Shown: positions 1 through 11,826 of the stretch, piece after piece
Layout: the number at the start of each line of letters is the position of its first letter
Position numbering within the stretch: position 1 is the stretch's first letter
Assembly (NCBI RefSeq): GCF_018977255.1
Contig: NW_024704743.1
Coordinates: 806,001-870,000, forward strand
Reading direction: 5' to 3'
DNA length: 64,000 nucleotides
Origin: Callorhinchus milii
Lineage: Eukaryota
The notes under the pieces: generated by a model
Told to the model about the DNA's origin: nothing
Databases searched by the model: none
What the model saw: the letters and a program-made list of their open reading frames with translations, nothing else
Position numbers and translations under genes: made by a program

Positions 1-515
1 ACACACACACACACACACAGACACACACACACACAGACACACGCCACACCGAGACGCAGACACACACCACGTAGAGACACACACACGCACAGAGACACAC
101 GCAGATAGACGCACACCACACAGAGATACAGACATACACAGAGACACAAACACACACACACAGAGACAAAGGCACACGGACAGACACATCACACAGAGAC
201 ACAGGCGCACGCACAGAGACACACAGAGACAGACACCCCCCCCCACCCCCCCCCCCCCCCCCGCAGAGACACAGAGACACACACACAGACAGACACACAC
301 ACACAGACACACACACACCACATAGAAACACAGACACACACAGAAAGACAGATGCGCACACACAGACACACACACACACACACACACAGACCACATAGAA
401 ACACAGACACACACACAGACAGACGCGCGCGCACACAGCCAGACGCACACAGATCGACACACACGGAGACTGAGACACACACAGAGACAGAGACACACAC
501 AGAGACACGCGCAGA
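1..515. repeat. Degenerate (CA)n/(CAGA)n low-complexity tract
   Basis: Directly visible; it explains the poly-VC/HT ORFs. Confidence 0.95.
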
Positions 516-1408
516 CTCTCCCCGCAAAGAAAGAAAAGCACATTTTAAAGCACCCACGAGGCTTGAGGTTGTCAAACTTGTTTGCACCGGTGACTGCCAC
601 GTAGGAGGCTGCGCTTGACTGATCAACACCAGCTTTCCGTCTCTGCCTCTCTCTCGCCCACAAAATACACAGTCACTCCACTTTGCAGTCTATTCTGCGA
701 AGCGCTTTGAGACGTCTCGAAGGCGCGGCATTGAGTGCCGGGATTATTATGAAGCACGAGCTGCTGCGGGACAGTTTGTTTCCGGTCATTTTAATATTTT
801 CTGTCGTCTGTTCACCGCATCGGAAAAGGAGATCGAGTGAAAGCCGAACCCGAGTGAAGGGCGAATTCCCCGTTCGCTTTTCTCTCCCCAAATCGCGTGT
901 AGAGTGTAAAGGAGGGGGTGGGGGGGGGGGGGGGGTGGAAAAAAGTAACCCAACAAATCCTCAAAAAAAAAACCCCACGAGGAATAGAGTCGTTGATAGA
1001 TATGCAACACGACCAAACTGACACACACCCAAACACGCATGAACACACGCACACACACCTACACACCCCCACACACACGCGCGCACACGCACACACACAC
1101 CTTTCCCTTTGATCTGTAACAATCTAAGGCTTTGATTTCTCGGCTTTGTACGCGGATTGAATGGAACGACCTTCTCAACGCTCACTTTTCTACCCGAGAG
1201 AAAACAACCGACTCCTGACGCAACAAGTGTTCGGGCACAGCGCGAGACTCCTTTTGTTTTTGGAGAGACGCGGCACATATTTTTTTTCGGGGGGTGAAAT
1301 AATTGTACTTAAAGGGTAGGAGCCACCGAGAACACAGACACACACACACACACACACTTCTCTCCCTCCCTCCCTCCCTCCCTCCGCGTACACACACACT
1401 CCCCGCCT

Positions 1409-1439
<31 letters not shown>

Positions 1440-1933
1440 ACGCACACGCACACAAAATAACCAGATTCGGTCAAAATACACCAGGTCACGCGATGCACAC
1501 GTATCCCACAGGGTTCGTTCACAATAACAACAATAATAACGATAATAATCCCGGTGTTTGACGCGGCGCCTCATCGCGCCTTCCCGGCGTCTCAAAGCGC
1601 TTCGCAGGACACGCCGCGAAGCGTAGTGACCGTGCGTTTGGTGGGGGCGAACGTTACGGTGTCGACGACGACGACAACAACAGCACCAAAAGCGGTTCGT
1701 GTGTGCGCTTGAGTAAACAAAGCTGTTTGATCCAGGAAATCATGGAACCCCCTTGGCAAGGTCATGTGTATATATATATATATATATATGTTTGTGTGCG
1801 TGTGTATGTGTGTGCGTGTATGTGTGCGTGAACATGTATGTGCACAGATTTCAGAAAAAAATGTCCAATAATAAATCACTTTCATGGGCTCTTCCCTTTC
1901 TGGAAGTTTCCATGTATACCCTTGAAACAAACA

Positions 1934-2268
1934 GATCTCTCTCTCTCTCTCTCTCTCTGCTTTTTTTTTCTTTCTCTTTTTCTCTCTCTCTCTCTCTCTC
2001 TATCTGTCTGTCTCTCTCTCTTTCTCTCTATTCCACCATCAACTAACTCCATATTTAAAACCCCAAACATTTTTTTTTTGCAAAAGCTTCAATAACATGA
2101 GACAAGAGGGAAGGAGAGTGAGTGTGTGATAGATAGAGAGAGAGAGAGAAAGAAAGAGAGAGAAAGAGTGAGAGAAAGAAAGAAGGGGAGGAAAAAAGAG
2201 AGATAGAGAGATAGAGAGAGTAGAGAGAGGATGGGAAAGAAAAAGGGGAAGAAAAGGAGAAAGAAAAT
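1934..2268. repeat. (CT)n tract followed by (GA)n-rich tract
   Basis: Directly visible. Confidence 0.9.
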
Positions 2269-2609
2269 CACTGACTTACTTCAAGTTGTCTTGAATTCAA
2301 ACCATCACGTTTTGTTTTCTTGGTGGTGGTGGTGGTGGGGGTGATGGGTGGGTGGTGGGTGGTGGTTGAGAGATGGAGATAATGGGGAAATTAAATCAAA
2401 GTGTTTTTTCTGAGCCCAACTCTTTTCCACAGAGAGTCAGCAGGAAAGCCCAGTGCTGTCATGGTAAAAAGAGAGTGTTTTATACAGGTCCCACTGTGGT
2501 GGTCAGAGTGATGCTGAGCATCCTTTCCCTGTGCGTAAATGTCCCTTTAATTTTTAAATGCCTCCCTCTAAAAAAAATAGAAATAAATCTTATTTCTCTT
2601 CCTCCTTCT

Positions 2610-2642
<33 letters not shown>

Positions 2643-2701
2643 CCTTTTGGCTTCTGCTTTTTGATTAAGATCAAACACACAGTGGTTTTTTTTTTCCTCC
2701 C

Positions 2702-2734
<33 letters not shown>

Positions 2735-3089
2735 CTTGTCTCTCTGTCTCTCTCTCTCTCTCTTTTTTTGAGGGTGGGGGGAGGAAGGAATTAAAAAAAA
2801 ACAATGCAATTAAAAAGTTGAAGGACTAAGTGATAGAGACCTGTCTGTCTGTCTGTCTGTCTGTCTTTCCCTGTAGAACCTCTTTGACAGACTGTGACAC
2901 ATGCAACTCACTACACAGAGGCGTTGCCCTGTGCCCAGATCCACCCAGAACTAATATTCCTTTATTACCATAGTCCGTTAGGAATTTGCAGAGAGAGAGA
3001 GAGAGAGAGAGTGTGTCACTGTGTGTCGGAGAGAGAGAGAGAGAGAGAAAAGGAATGGGTGAGAGATAGAGGGAGACACAGTCAGGGAT

Positions 3090-3960
3090 ATAGACTGTGA
3101 GTGAGAAATAAAGAGAGACAGAGACAGAGAGAGGGAGAGAATAATAATGATAATGATATAATAAAAACAGTGAGACAGACAGAGAGAGACACACACACAC
3201 ATTGAGTGAGAAATAAAGAGAGAAAGGGGGAGAGAGATACAGACAGAGAGGGAGAGAAACAGTGAGACAGGAAGAGAGAGAGACACACACATTGAGTGAG
3301 AAATAAAGAGAAAGAGACAGAGAGAGACAGAGAGGGAGAGAAACAGTGAGACAGAAAGAGAGAGAGAGACACACATTGAGTGAGAAATAAAGAGAGAGAT
3401 ACAGACAGAGAGGGAGAGAAACAGTGAGACAGAAAGAAAGAGAGACACACACATTGAGTGAGAAATAAAAAGAAAGAGACAGAGAGAGACAGAGAGGGAG
3501 AGAAACAGTGAGACAGAAAGAGAGAGAGAGACACACATTGAGTGAGAAATAAAGAGAGAAAGGGGGAAAGAGATACAGACAGAGAGGGAGAGAAACAGTG
3601 AGACAGAAAGAGAGAGAGACACACATTGAGTGAGAAATAAAGAGAGAAAGAGAGAGAGAGAGAGAGACAGAGAAACAGTGAGACAGAAAGAGAGAGAGAG
3701 ACACACATTGAGTGAGAAATAAAGAGAGAGATACAGACAGAGAGGGAGAGAAACAGTGAGACAGAAAGAGAGAGAGAGACACACATTGAGTGAGAAATAA
3801 AGAGAGAGATACAGACAGAGAGGGAGAGAAACAGTGAGACAGAAAGAGAGAGAGAGACACACAATGAGAGAAACTGAATGACACAGAGAGAGAATGAAAG
3901 AGATAAATAGTCAGAGAGGGAGATTGAGAGAGAAACAGTGAGAGAGATAGAGCGAGAGAA
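3090..3960. repeat. Purine-rich minisatellite, ~9 units of ~78-90 bp
   Basis: Anchor CATTGAGTGAGAAATAAA recurs 8 times (~3200, 3290, 3374, 3452, 3536, 3624, 3706, 3784), each followed by ...GAGAAACAGTGAGACAG; degenerate units at both ends. Confidence 0.95.
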
Positions 3961-4019
3961 AGACAGTCACACACAGAGAGTGACACACACACTCACACAG
4001 AGTGAGAAGGAGAGACAAC

Positions 4020-4190
4020 AGAGAGAGAGTGAAAGAGAGAGAGCGCGCACTCGAGAGAGAGAGAGCGAGAGAGAGAGCGCGAGAGAGAGAGCGCGAGAGA
4101 GAGAACGCGTGAGAGAGAGCACGAGAGAGCGCGAGAGAGCGCGCAAAAGAGAGAGCGCGAGAGAGAGAGAGAGCGCGAGAGAGAGAGCGC

Positions 4191-4221
<31 letters not shown>

Positions 4222-4228
4222 CGCGCGA
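4020..4228. repeat. (GA)n/(GC)n compound microsatellite
   Basis: Directly visible. Confidence 0.9.
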
Positions 4229-5864
4229 GGTTACCCCAGAGACAGCAGCGGAGACAAACCCCGCAGTATCTACAGTATTTCTTTGCCGCCAACGACCCGC
4301 GACAATCAAACACTCTCAGATCTCTGCCCGTGTGCGTGCGCGTGCGCGTGTGACCCTAGTTGGGTCCAAGCCCCGCGGGGAAAGGAGGGGATGCTGTAGC
4401 GCTGCACGTTGTTGTTGTTGTTGTTGTGGTGGTGGTGGTGGTGCTGGTGGTTGAGATGTCTGAGTTGGGTTCACGGGTCGGGGACGGGCAGAGCCTCGTG
4501 GTATGACAGCGACCGGTCTCGTTACATTCCAGGCTCTCGCCGGATTCTCTCAACAACAACACGATCATATCGTCACGCACACGCACATGCACACACACGC
4601 GCACACGCACTCACTGACACGCGCGCACACGTCACCTTTCGTGGTTGGAGGGGGGACCTGGACAGTCAGTGTTTCGGACCCCTGAGCTGGACAGGGAGCG
4701 GGGGTTGGAGAGGGCGGGGGGTGGGGGGGGCCAGGGTGGGGGCGATCGAAACCATGGTCGAAGAGGAGAGTCCTTGAAGGAGGCAAGGGAGGTGGGGGGT
4801 GGGGGTGAGGGGAGGGGGGAGGGGGGGTGGGCGAGGCGAAGGGGCTGCGGGATGGAGTTCCGGAGGGTGGGGGTGCGGGAGTGGCTGAGGGTTGTGGGGC
4901 GGGCGGGCGAGGCGGGGACGTGAAGCAGGGCCGGTTTCTCCTGTTAAACTGTTTTCTCCCCCACCCCCACCCCCCCGGCCCCCACCCCCACCCTCCCAAC
5001 CGATGAACCGCTAATTAGTTACGTCGACACCCTCCACCTCACGTAAAAGGCATTGTATGTAAATTGCATTGCGCAGTAAATTCCTGATCACTCGAAACCT
5101 GCCTTAACTTGTCACTGCGGCTTAATTTATCACACGGCAATATCCTGGCCACATATTTTTATATATATATATATATACATACACATACACCTAACTCGTG
5201 CCTCCTGATAACTCGTTCCCGACACACACACACACACACACTCACTCACTCTCTCGGAGTGTTGAATTATCAGGAGTTTACCGTATATGTCTTGTTTGTC
5301 ACCCAATTGTGTTTCTTTCCACCCAACCCTCTCTCGCCCCCCCCCCCCCACCACCACCACCACCCCCACCCGACGTGATAAGTTGCTATAAGGATAATCT
5401 ATTATTATTATTATTATTGATATAAGGTCTTTCTGCAAACGGGAATTTAAGATACGGAACTTATCCCTCTTGCCTTTAGCAGCTATTAATAATAACTATT
5501 AACGAGTAAACCCGGACCGACTCGAGGAGAGAAGGGAAGGGAATTTCTCCTGGTGTCCTGGCCAATAACTTTGGCACAGTCGCAGTGAACCCTGAGGTGT
5601 CCTTCCCGTGTGAAAGGCGTTGTGTCAAATATAAGGATTATTATTATTAATAATATAGCAACAACAATATTCTCAGGTGCGTCCAGGCAGCAGGACAAGG
5701 AGACACAGGTTCAGGGTTGCCAAGGGCAATTTTATTCTGGGTGGTGGGGGGTGGGCAGCGATTAATTCAGGGCGTCAGTCGTAAATATATCTGACGCACA
5801 AGTAAATCGCTGTGCCCGAGAGTAACCGAGCCGGACTGAGAGTTGTAGAATATAAATACTAACA

Positions 5865-6260
5865 ATAATAACCCTCGAGTTTGACCCGGAGCCTTAATCA
5901 CGTCTTCGAGACGTCTCGAAGCGCTTCACTGGACACTCTGTAAAGTGAATCGACTGCGTATTTTGCGGGCGAAACGCGGCAGCCGATTGCGCACAGCAGC
6001 GTCCCCCCCACCCCCGTCCCCCCCCCCGCCAACAGCCGTGGAATTGAGCGGCCGAATTAGTATTATGTTTTGTGAAGGGATTATTACCTCTGGATAAGCG
6101 ATTCCCCCGATCGACTAACAACCCGGTTCCTACTTACTGCTGTGTAAACAGAGGCGTGTGCGCGTGCGCGCGTGTGTGTGTGGTAAGGAAACGGTTCGCC
6201 CCGACCGAGAATCAAACGCACGTCCTCTCGCTCGCGAGCGCTCTCGCTCACTCCACGTAC
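5865..6260 (-). mobile_element. tRNA-derived SINE, long subfamily
   Basis: Head, internal gcctctgtttac...taataatccc segment, body and tail. Confidence 0.8.
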
Positions 6261-7220
6261 CAGAAGTAAGTACGAGACAAACTTAAGCCACGGTGCAGCT
6301 GGAGCAGCGAGCCCGGGGTGCGCGGTAGCCCGAACCTCCTGAACAGCGGCGCCGGTGGCTAATTAATACGAACACAATTTATTCTTGACGCTGGTGTCTT
6401 GGGCGTCTGACACGCGCGGAAACCCATCAAACCGTGTACGTGTACCCTGTGAAGATGTGAACGTTACTGTCTAAGCGGAAATTGCCGCTGCATCTGCCAA
6501 TTTACAAGGAAGTAAAGTGGTTCCTTTTTTCTTTACACACACGCACACACACACACACACGCGCGCGCACGCAAAGACCTGACATTTAAATACAGATCCA
6601 GAGTGTAAAAATATTCCTCCCTCCCTCCCTCCCTCCCTCCCCCCCACTGAATGAATCGCTGTCTGTTTCGCTCCCTCAATCCTTCCTCAAATCCCATCTC
6701 GACATTGCTAACCACTCGCACACTGCGTACGTTACTTCAGCTGCTGAGTGCTTGAAAATGCAGTCGTTGCTTGGAGGAGGGGGGGGTTTTTTGTTTGTGT
6801 GTGGGGGGGCTGGGGGGGCTGGGGGGGCTGGGGGGGGGGGTAAGGTGGGGAAGAAATTCAAGTGTTTTACAAAGGCGTGGCTGTCCGTCAAACCCTTTCA
6901 CTCAAAGACTGAGGTGGAGAGATGTTTGTTGGGTCAGGGGATCAAAAGCGGTAATTGGACTTGAGGTACAGATGAGCCGTGATCTTATATAATGGCGGAA
7001 CATGCTCGAGGGGCTGAATGGCCTCCCCCTGTTCCTGTGTCGCTAGGTTTCTATGACCCTCCAATCATATTGACTTACTGGTCGTTTTAATTCCCTCTTT
7101 GATTCTTGCCTCTCGATATAAACATTCCCACAACACACTTCTTATAATAATGATAATAATAATAATCCTTGCATTTGATGCAGCTCCTTATCACGTCTTC
7201 GAGACGCCTCCAAGCGCTTC

Positions 7221-7672
7221 AACAACAACAACAACAAGATTCCATTTATTGAGCGCCTTTCACGTCGGGAGGACGTCCCAAGGCGCTGTACAGTTGGGTC
7301 AGGACCCGAGCATTGGGGGGGAGATGGTCAGGGGGAGGGGAGGGAAGGGAGGGAGCGAGGAGGGGGTAGAGAGTCGAGAGGGGAGCTGAAGGCTGAAGGT
7401 CAAAGAGAAAGGTCTTGAGACCGGCCTTGAAGGAGGAAAGGGAGGAAGCGAAGGTGAAGGCACTGGGGATAGAGTTCCAGAGCCTCGGGGCTGAGAGGCT
7501 GAAGGCCACCGATGGTCGGGCGGTTGGGGCGGGGGATGTGGAGCAGACCGGAGCCAGAGGAACGGAGGGTACGGGCAGGTAGATAGGGGGATAGTAGGTT
7601 GGAGAGGTAGGAGGGAGCGAGGCCGTGAATGGCCGTGTAGGTGAGGATGAGGATCTTGAATTGGATACACCG
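7221..7672 (-). mobile_element. 5'-truncated L2-clade LINE (ORF2 C-terminus, 3' UTR, (TTG)n tail), nested in a SINE
   Basis: Encodes IQFKILILTYTAIHGLAPSYLSNLLSPYLPARTLRSSGSGLLHIPR...AFSLSAPRLWNSIP, typical of the L2 ORF2 end. Confidence 0.9.
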
Positions 7673-8193
7673 TAAAGTGTGGTGACTGTGTATTTTGTGA
7701 AGGTATTTTCTTCTGCCAGCAGACTCAGCTCGAAGTCGGGTCTGGGAACTCACGCAGTCCAGCCACGGGCTGCTACACAGCGCTGTGGTGGGGGGTGGGG
7801 GGGGGGCCGCGATGTTGGAGCTGCCGTCCTTCGGGTGGCACATCAAACACAGGCCAGAGCCCCACGGAGCGGAGGGCGCAGACAAGACCCGGGGGAGTAA
7901 GCCGGAAGGCCGGTATAAAGAGACTGGCGTAAAGGAAGCCAACGACGGTGCTTGGACTTGCCGACGGGATTGGGGACACATCTTTGGGAACATTCGCCTT
8001 GAATCGTTTTCCTTCCAAGATGTTGGTAGGATTTTTTTCGGTGAAAACAGCAAACGAGCTTTTGTGTCGGGCCTCCCTCCCTCCCTCCCTCCCGCCCTCC
8101 CTCCCTCCCCTCGACAGAATTCCCTGAACACCCACTCCTTTCCCCATTTGGTGCCTTGCGCCCATCAGCATTCCTTGTCATTCCAACGAGGAA

Positions 8194-8212
8194 TACCGCC
8201 CTCTGGTGGACA
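8194..8212 (-). promoter_or_regulatory. Putative CTCF binding motif
   Basis: Minus strand TGTCCACCAGAGGGCGGTA closely fits the CTCF core consensus CCASYAGRKGGCRS; it lies in non-repeat sequence. Confidence 0.45.
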
Positions 8213-8799
8213 GGGATCGCCCGTGCGGCCCCGGGAATCTCCACGCTTCTGCATTCAGTGTCCAGTTGCAACCGGGAACTCCCTTCCTGGTTAAGTCTCC
8301 AAAAACATTGGGATGGGACTGTGCGCAACGGCATCGTGCCTGGGCGCTGGGACACACAGCGTGGGCTAAGGAAACGGAATTAAGCTCTGTAGCCTTTAAG
8401 ATTTTAATAATGATGATATAATGATAATATAATACGGGGGGGTGTTGTATCGTTGGAGATGCCGTCCCGCGGATGAGACATTAAACCGAGGTCCCGTCCG
8501 ACTGCTCAGGTTTCGGCCCGCAAAATACGCAGTCAATTCGCTTTACAGGGTTTACCCTGTGAAGCGCTTCGAGACGTCTCGAAGACGTGATGAGGCGCCG
8601 CATCAAATACGAGGGTTACTACGATTGTATATTATTTTGAGCATTTGATACTTTGGGATGACATTTCAAAGAGCTTCACTCACCCCCACCCCCCTATTGA
8701 TTCTAACCCCCGGCTCGGGGGTCAAACCCTTCACTGTCCTTGGGACTTGAAAGGCGCTGCGTAAATCTGATGTTGTTGTTGTTGTTGATGAGAGTTCCA

Positions 8800-9310
8800 C
8801 ATGTCTCTCCCACCTACACACGGACATTTCCTGTGTCTGGAATGGAATGGGCACCCACTCCCTGAAGGAGCACAACAGTGACAACAAATTACACTCGCGC
8901 CACGCCTTTCGCGTCAGGAGGACATCCCAGTCACTGCTGGAGTCTAACCATTGATATTCCTGTCTGGCCAAGCTTTCCCGCTGCTTGTCCGGCTGGGACC
9001 ACCCTCCCCATTAGTTAGTTAGTTAGGGCTTTGGCTCCGGGGTTAACAGGAGCTGAGGGGGAGGATTCCCTGCCCCCAGTGACTGGTCGGCCCTTCCAGT
9101 TCCTGCCGATGGATGAACCAGGGCCGGGCTGTGCTGCCATCAGCCATGAGTGCCCTGGGACACTGCGGCCCCTCCTGGCTCAGGAACCGGGGACTAGAGA
9201 CCGGCACAGAGAGAGGTGGGGGGGGGTGGGCTCGACTCCCACATTCCATTGCCAAACATCTCACCTTGGGGGCCAGTCCAGCTCCGAGGAGATCTCGCTC
9301 ACCTCAGACA
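8800..9310. repeat. Unclassified ~600-bp repeat, internally deleted copy
   Basis: Shares ctggccaagctttccc...ttagttagttagggctttggct...ggttaacaggagctgagggggaggattccctgcccccag. Confidence 0.85.
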
Positions 9311-9572
9311 TTCACTAACGTCTCCAGTTCAATGTGAACAAACTGCTTTGGGACCTCGACAGCCCCTGTGCTGCTGGGTCACCAAACCATTACCGCATCG
9401 GTATCATCCATCAGAGAGAGAAAAAAAACCACCCAACAGCAGCTCCCTCGCTTAATTCATTAATTAATGAAGCAACCTTACATGAAGCTCTTCGTTTACC
9501 TGAGCGTTGAGGGAGTGGAGTCGCTTACGGTTCCTGGAGGACATGCCGGAGATGACCGTGACTCGTGTGCGC

Positions 9573-9614
<42 letters not shown>

Positions 9615-11090
9615 TTGCTGACACGCTGAGCGCCCGGGAATCCTGCGGAATTCTGATGCCTCCACGGTGGCCAATTTCCTCTTCCGTGAAGGATTGCGTG
9701 AAGAGCTGAGGATGAGCCCTGATCAACGCCTGCACACAACGTCACATCGCACTCTGAGCACGGGCGCCGTAATCTCCACAAAGGCCCTGTAACACACGCA
9801 AAAAAGGGGGTATTCAGTCCGGGCTTCGCGCAGTCTAGGAAGACACCCCGACGAGCTGCTAATGAATAATCCAGATTAAAATCGGTCGCTCACCTCATGG
9901 CATTGGTGTGCGCAATTCGGCTGCCGCATTGGAACTGAACAGTACATTCGATGAAGCGCTTTGAGACATAATAATGGAATAAATAATACTTGCCTTTGAT
10001 GTAGGGCCTTATCATGTCTCAAAGCTCTTCCACGCCGTAATACGGACGCGACCGTGTGGCCGAAACGCGGCAGACAATTTTCGCACCGCAGTGTCCCACA
10101 AACAGTGGTGTATTGAGTAACCGCATTTTTTGGGGGGGGAGTGGGGAGGGATTATTACTGCCAGAAAGCGATCCAAAGTATCTTCAATTGTACATTTGAT
10201 AATCCGAAATGCGTCTCTCTCTCCCTTGTGTATATCTCCTCGTCCCACAGCAACACACTCAACCCACCGCCCCCCCACCCCCCCGCCGCCGCCCCACCCG
10301 TTACCCCCATCCTCGTTCAGCTCCCCATCTCCCAGCAGATCCAATTCTAGACCGATGTCCTCACGCTCACCTTTGAATCACTCCCCGCGAGCTACGGGAC
10401 TGTCTTGCAGGAGGTCGCAGAGACATGGAAACAGGGGTTCATTTCCAGTGAGTTCAGTTGTCAGTATAAATTTCAGGTATAAATTAAGATGGTATTATTT
10501 AATGCCCGTCATATGTACCCCGGGATTGAATTACTGTCAAAACAGTCTATAATTAACCTCAGTATCCTTGGCTCAGGATCCGACCTGGATTCCTGTTTGC
10601 CTGACTCCACGAGCCAGCCTTGCCAAGGAACGTGCCATTTAAGGACGGCTGATCTCATGGGTCTTAGCCTTAAGACCTCAGCAGAAATTTAAGACCATGG
10701 CCAGAAAGGAAACAAAGAGAGCGTTCGGGAAAAGCGTCAACACAGAGAGCTGTTGGGGAACGTGGAAGTCATATTACCGATCGCACATTTGATCAGCGCC
10801 TCATCAGGATATTGAGACGTCTCAAAGCACTTCACAGAATACGCTGTATATTTATTACCCCCAGAAAGCGATCCCCCAATCGACTAATAACCGGGAACTA
10901 CTCACTGCTACTTCCTACCACTTCCTCCTATTTGCCCCTCGTGTCCCTCTCTGCGCTCCACCATCAGCGTCCGTGCTGTCAGCCACTGCGCCCCGAAACT
11001 CTCTCCTTCAATCCCTCTGCCTCGCCCCCCCCCCCGCACCCACCACTCCACTCCCTCCCTCCCCACCTTTAAATCCCACCTAAAGACCTT

Positions 11091-11413
11091 GTGGAGTCCT
11101 GTAGCTCAGTGGTTAGAGCACTCGCTTTGCAAGTGAGAGACCTGAGTTCAATTCCAGGCAGAGGGCGAAACCTCGGGCAAGTTTCCTTACTCCACACAGA
11201 GCCTAATAATAATCCCTCCAAAACCAAAAACAATAATAAATTGGTCACTTTCAATCTACGACTGTTTGTGGGACATTGCTGTGCGCAATCGGCTGCCGCG
11301 TTCGCCCACAAATATACAGTCAATTCACTTTGCAGTGTGTTCTGTGAAGCGCTTTGGGACGTCCTCCCGACGTGAAAAGCGCTATATCAAATGCGAGGAT
11401 TATTATTATTATT
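11091..11413 (+). mobile_element. Full-length tRNA-Ala-derived SINE, short subfamily
   Basis: A box TAGCTCAGTGG, anticodon arm ctcgc-tTGCaa-gtgag, B box GAGTTCAATTCC, Deu-like body, L2-type stem-loop tail, (TTA)n. Confidence 0.9.
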
Positions 11414-11580
11414 AAAAATATATAGAGAGAGAGATCCCGAGTCTAGTTATCCCTCGTCCCCTCCACTCCACCATCAGCGGCCGCTCTTTCAACCACTTAC
11501 GCGCCCCCCCCACCACCAAGAAGCTTTGGCGCTCTCTCTCCCCCAATCCCTCTGCCTCGCCCCCTCCTTCAAATGCAAGG

Positions 11581-11627
<47 letters not shown>

Positions 11628-11783
11628 GTCTATCGTTAACTCATCGAAACAGGATGTTCGGGGGAATCTGCCGTCTGGTATACCCTTTGCAGTTCAAGGA
11701 TCCTTCCCTCCCACATGAAGCCAACACTCCAGTGCTGCCACCACTCACCCACTCTGTTTGTTACAGGATGCCAGAGCCAAACA

Positions 11784-11826
<43 letters not shown>

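Noticed and set aside
2452..2470. Partial RE1/NRSE-like motif (AGTGCTGTCATGGT)
   Set aside because: Spacing is off by one and the GTGCTGA half-site is absent at the expected position.
3090..3960. Repeat-spacer look-alike (CRISPR-like)
   Set aside because: The intervening segments are related GA-rich variants rather than unique spacers; eukaryotic context, no cas genes.
189..4399. Long ORFs up to 388 aa (poly-SL/VC/ER/HT)
   Set aside because: They are translations of micro- and minisatellites that lack stop codons, not proteins.
11093..11165. tRNA-Ala-like cloverleaf (also at 18585-18658, 19561, 45529, 48745, 53774)
   Set aside because: Each continues into a SINE body and lacks a proper acceptor stem; these are SINE heads, not tRNA genes.
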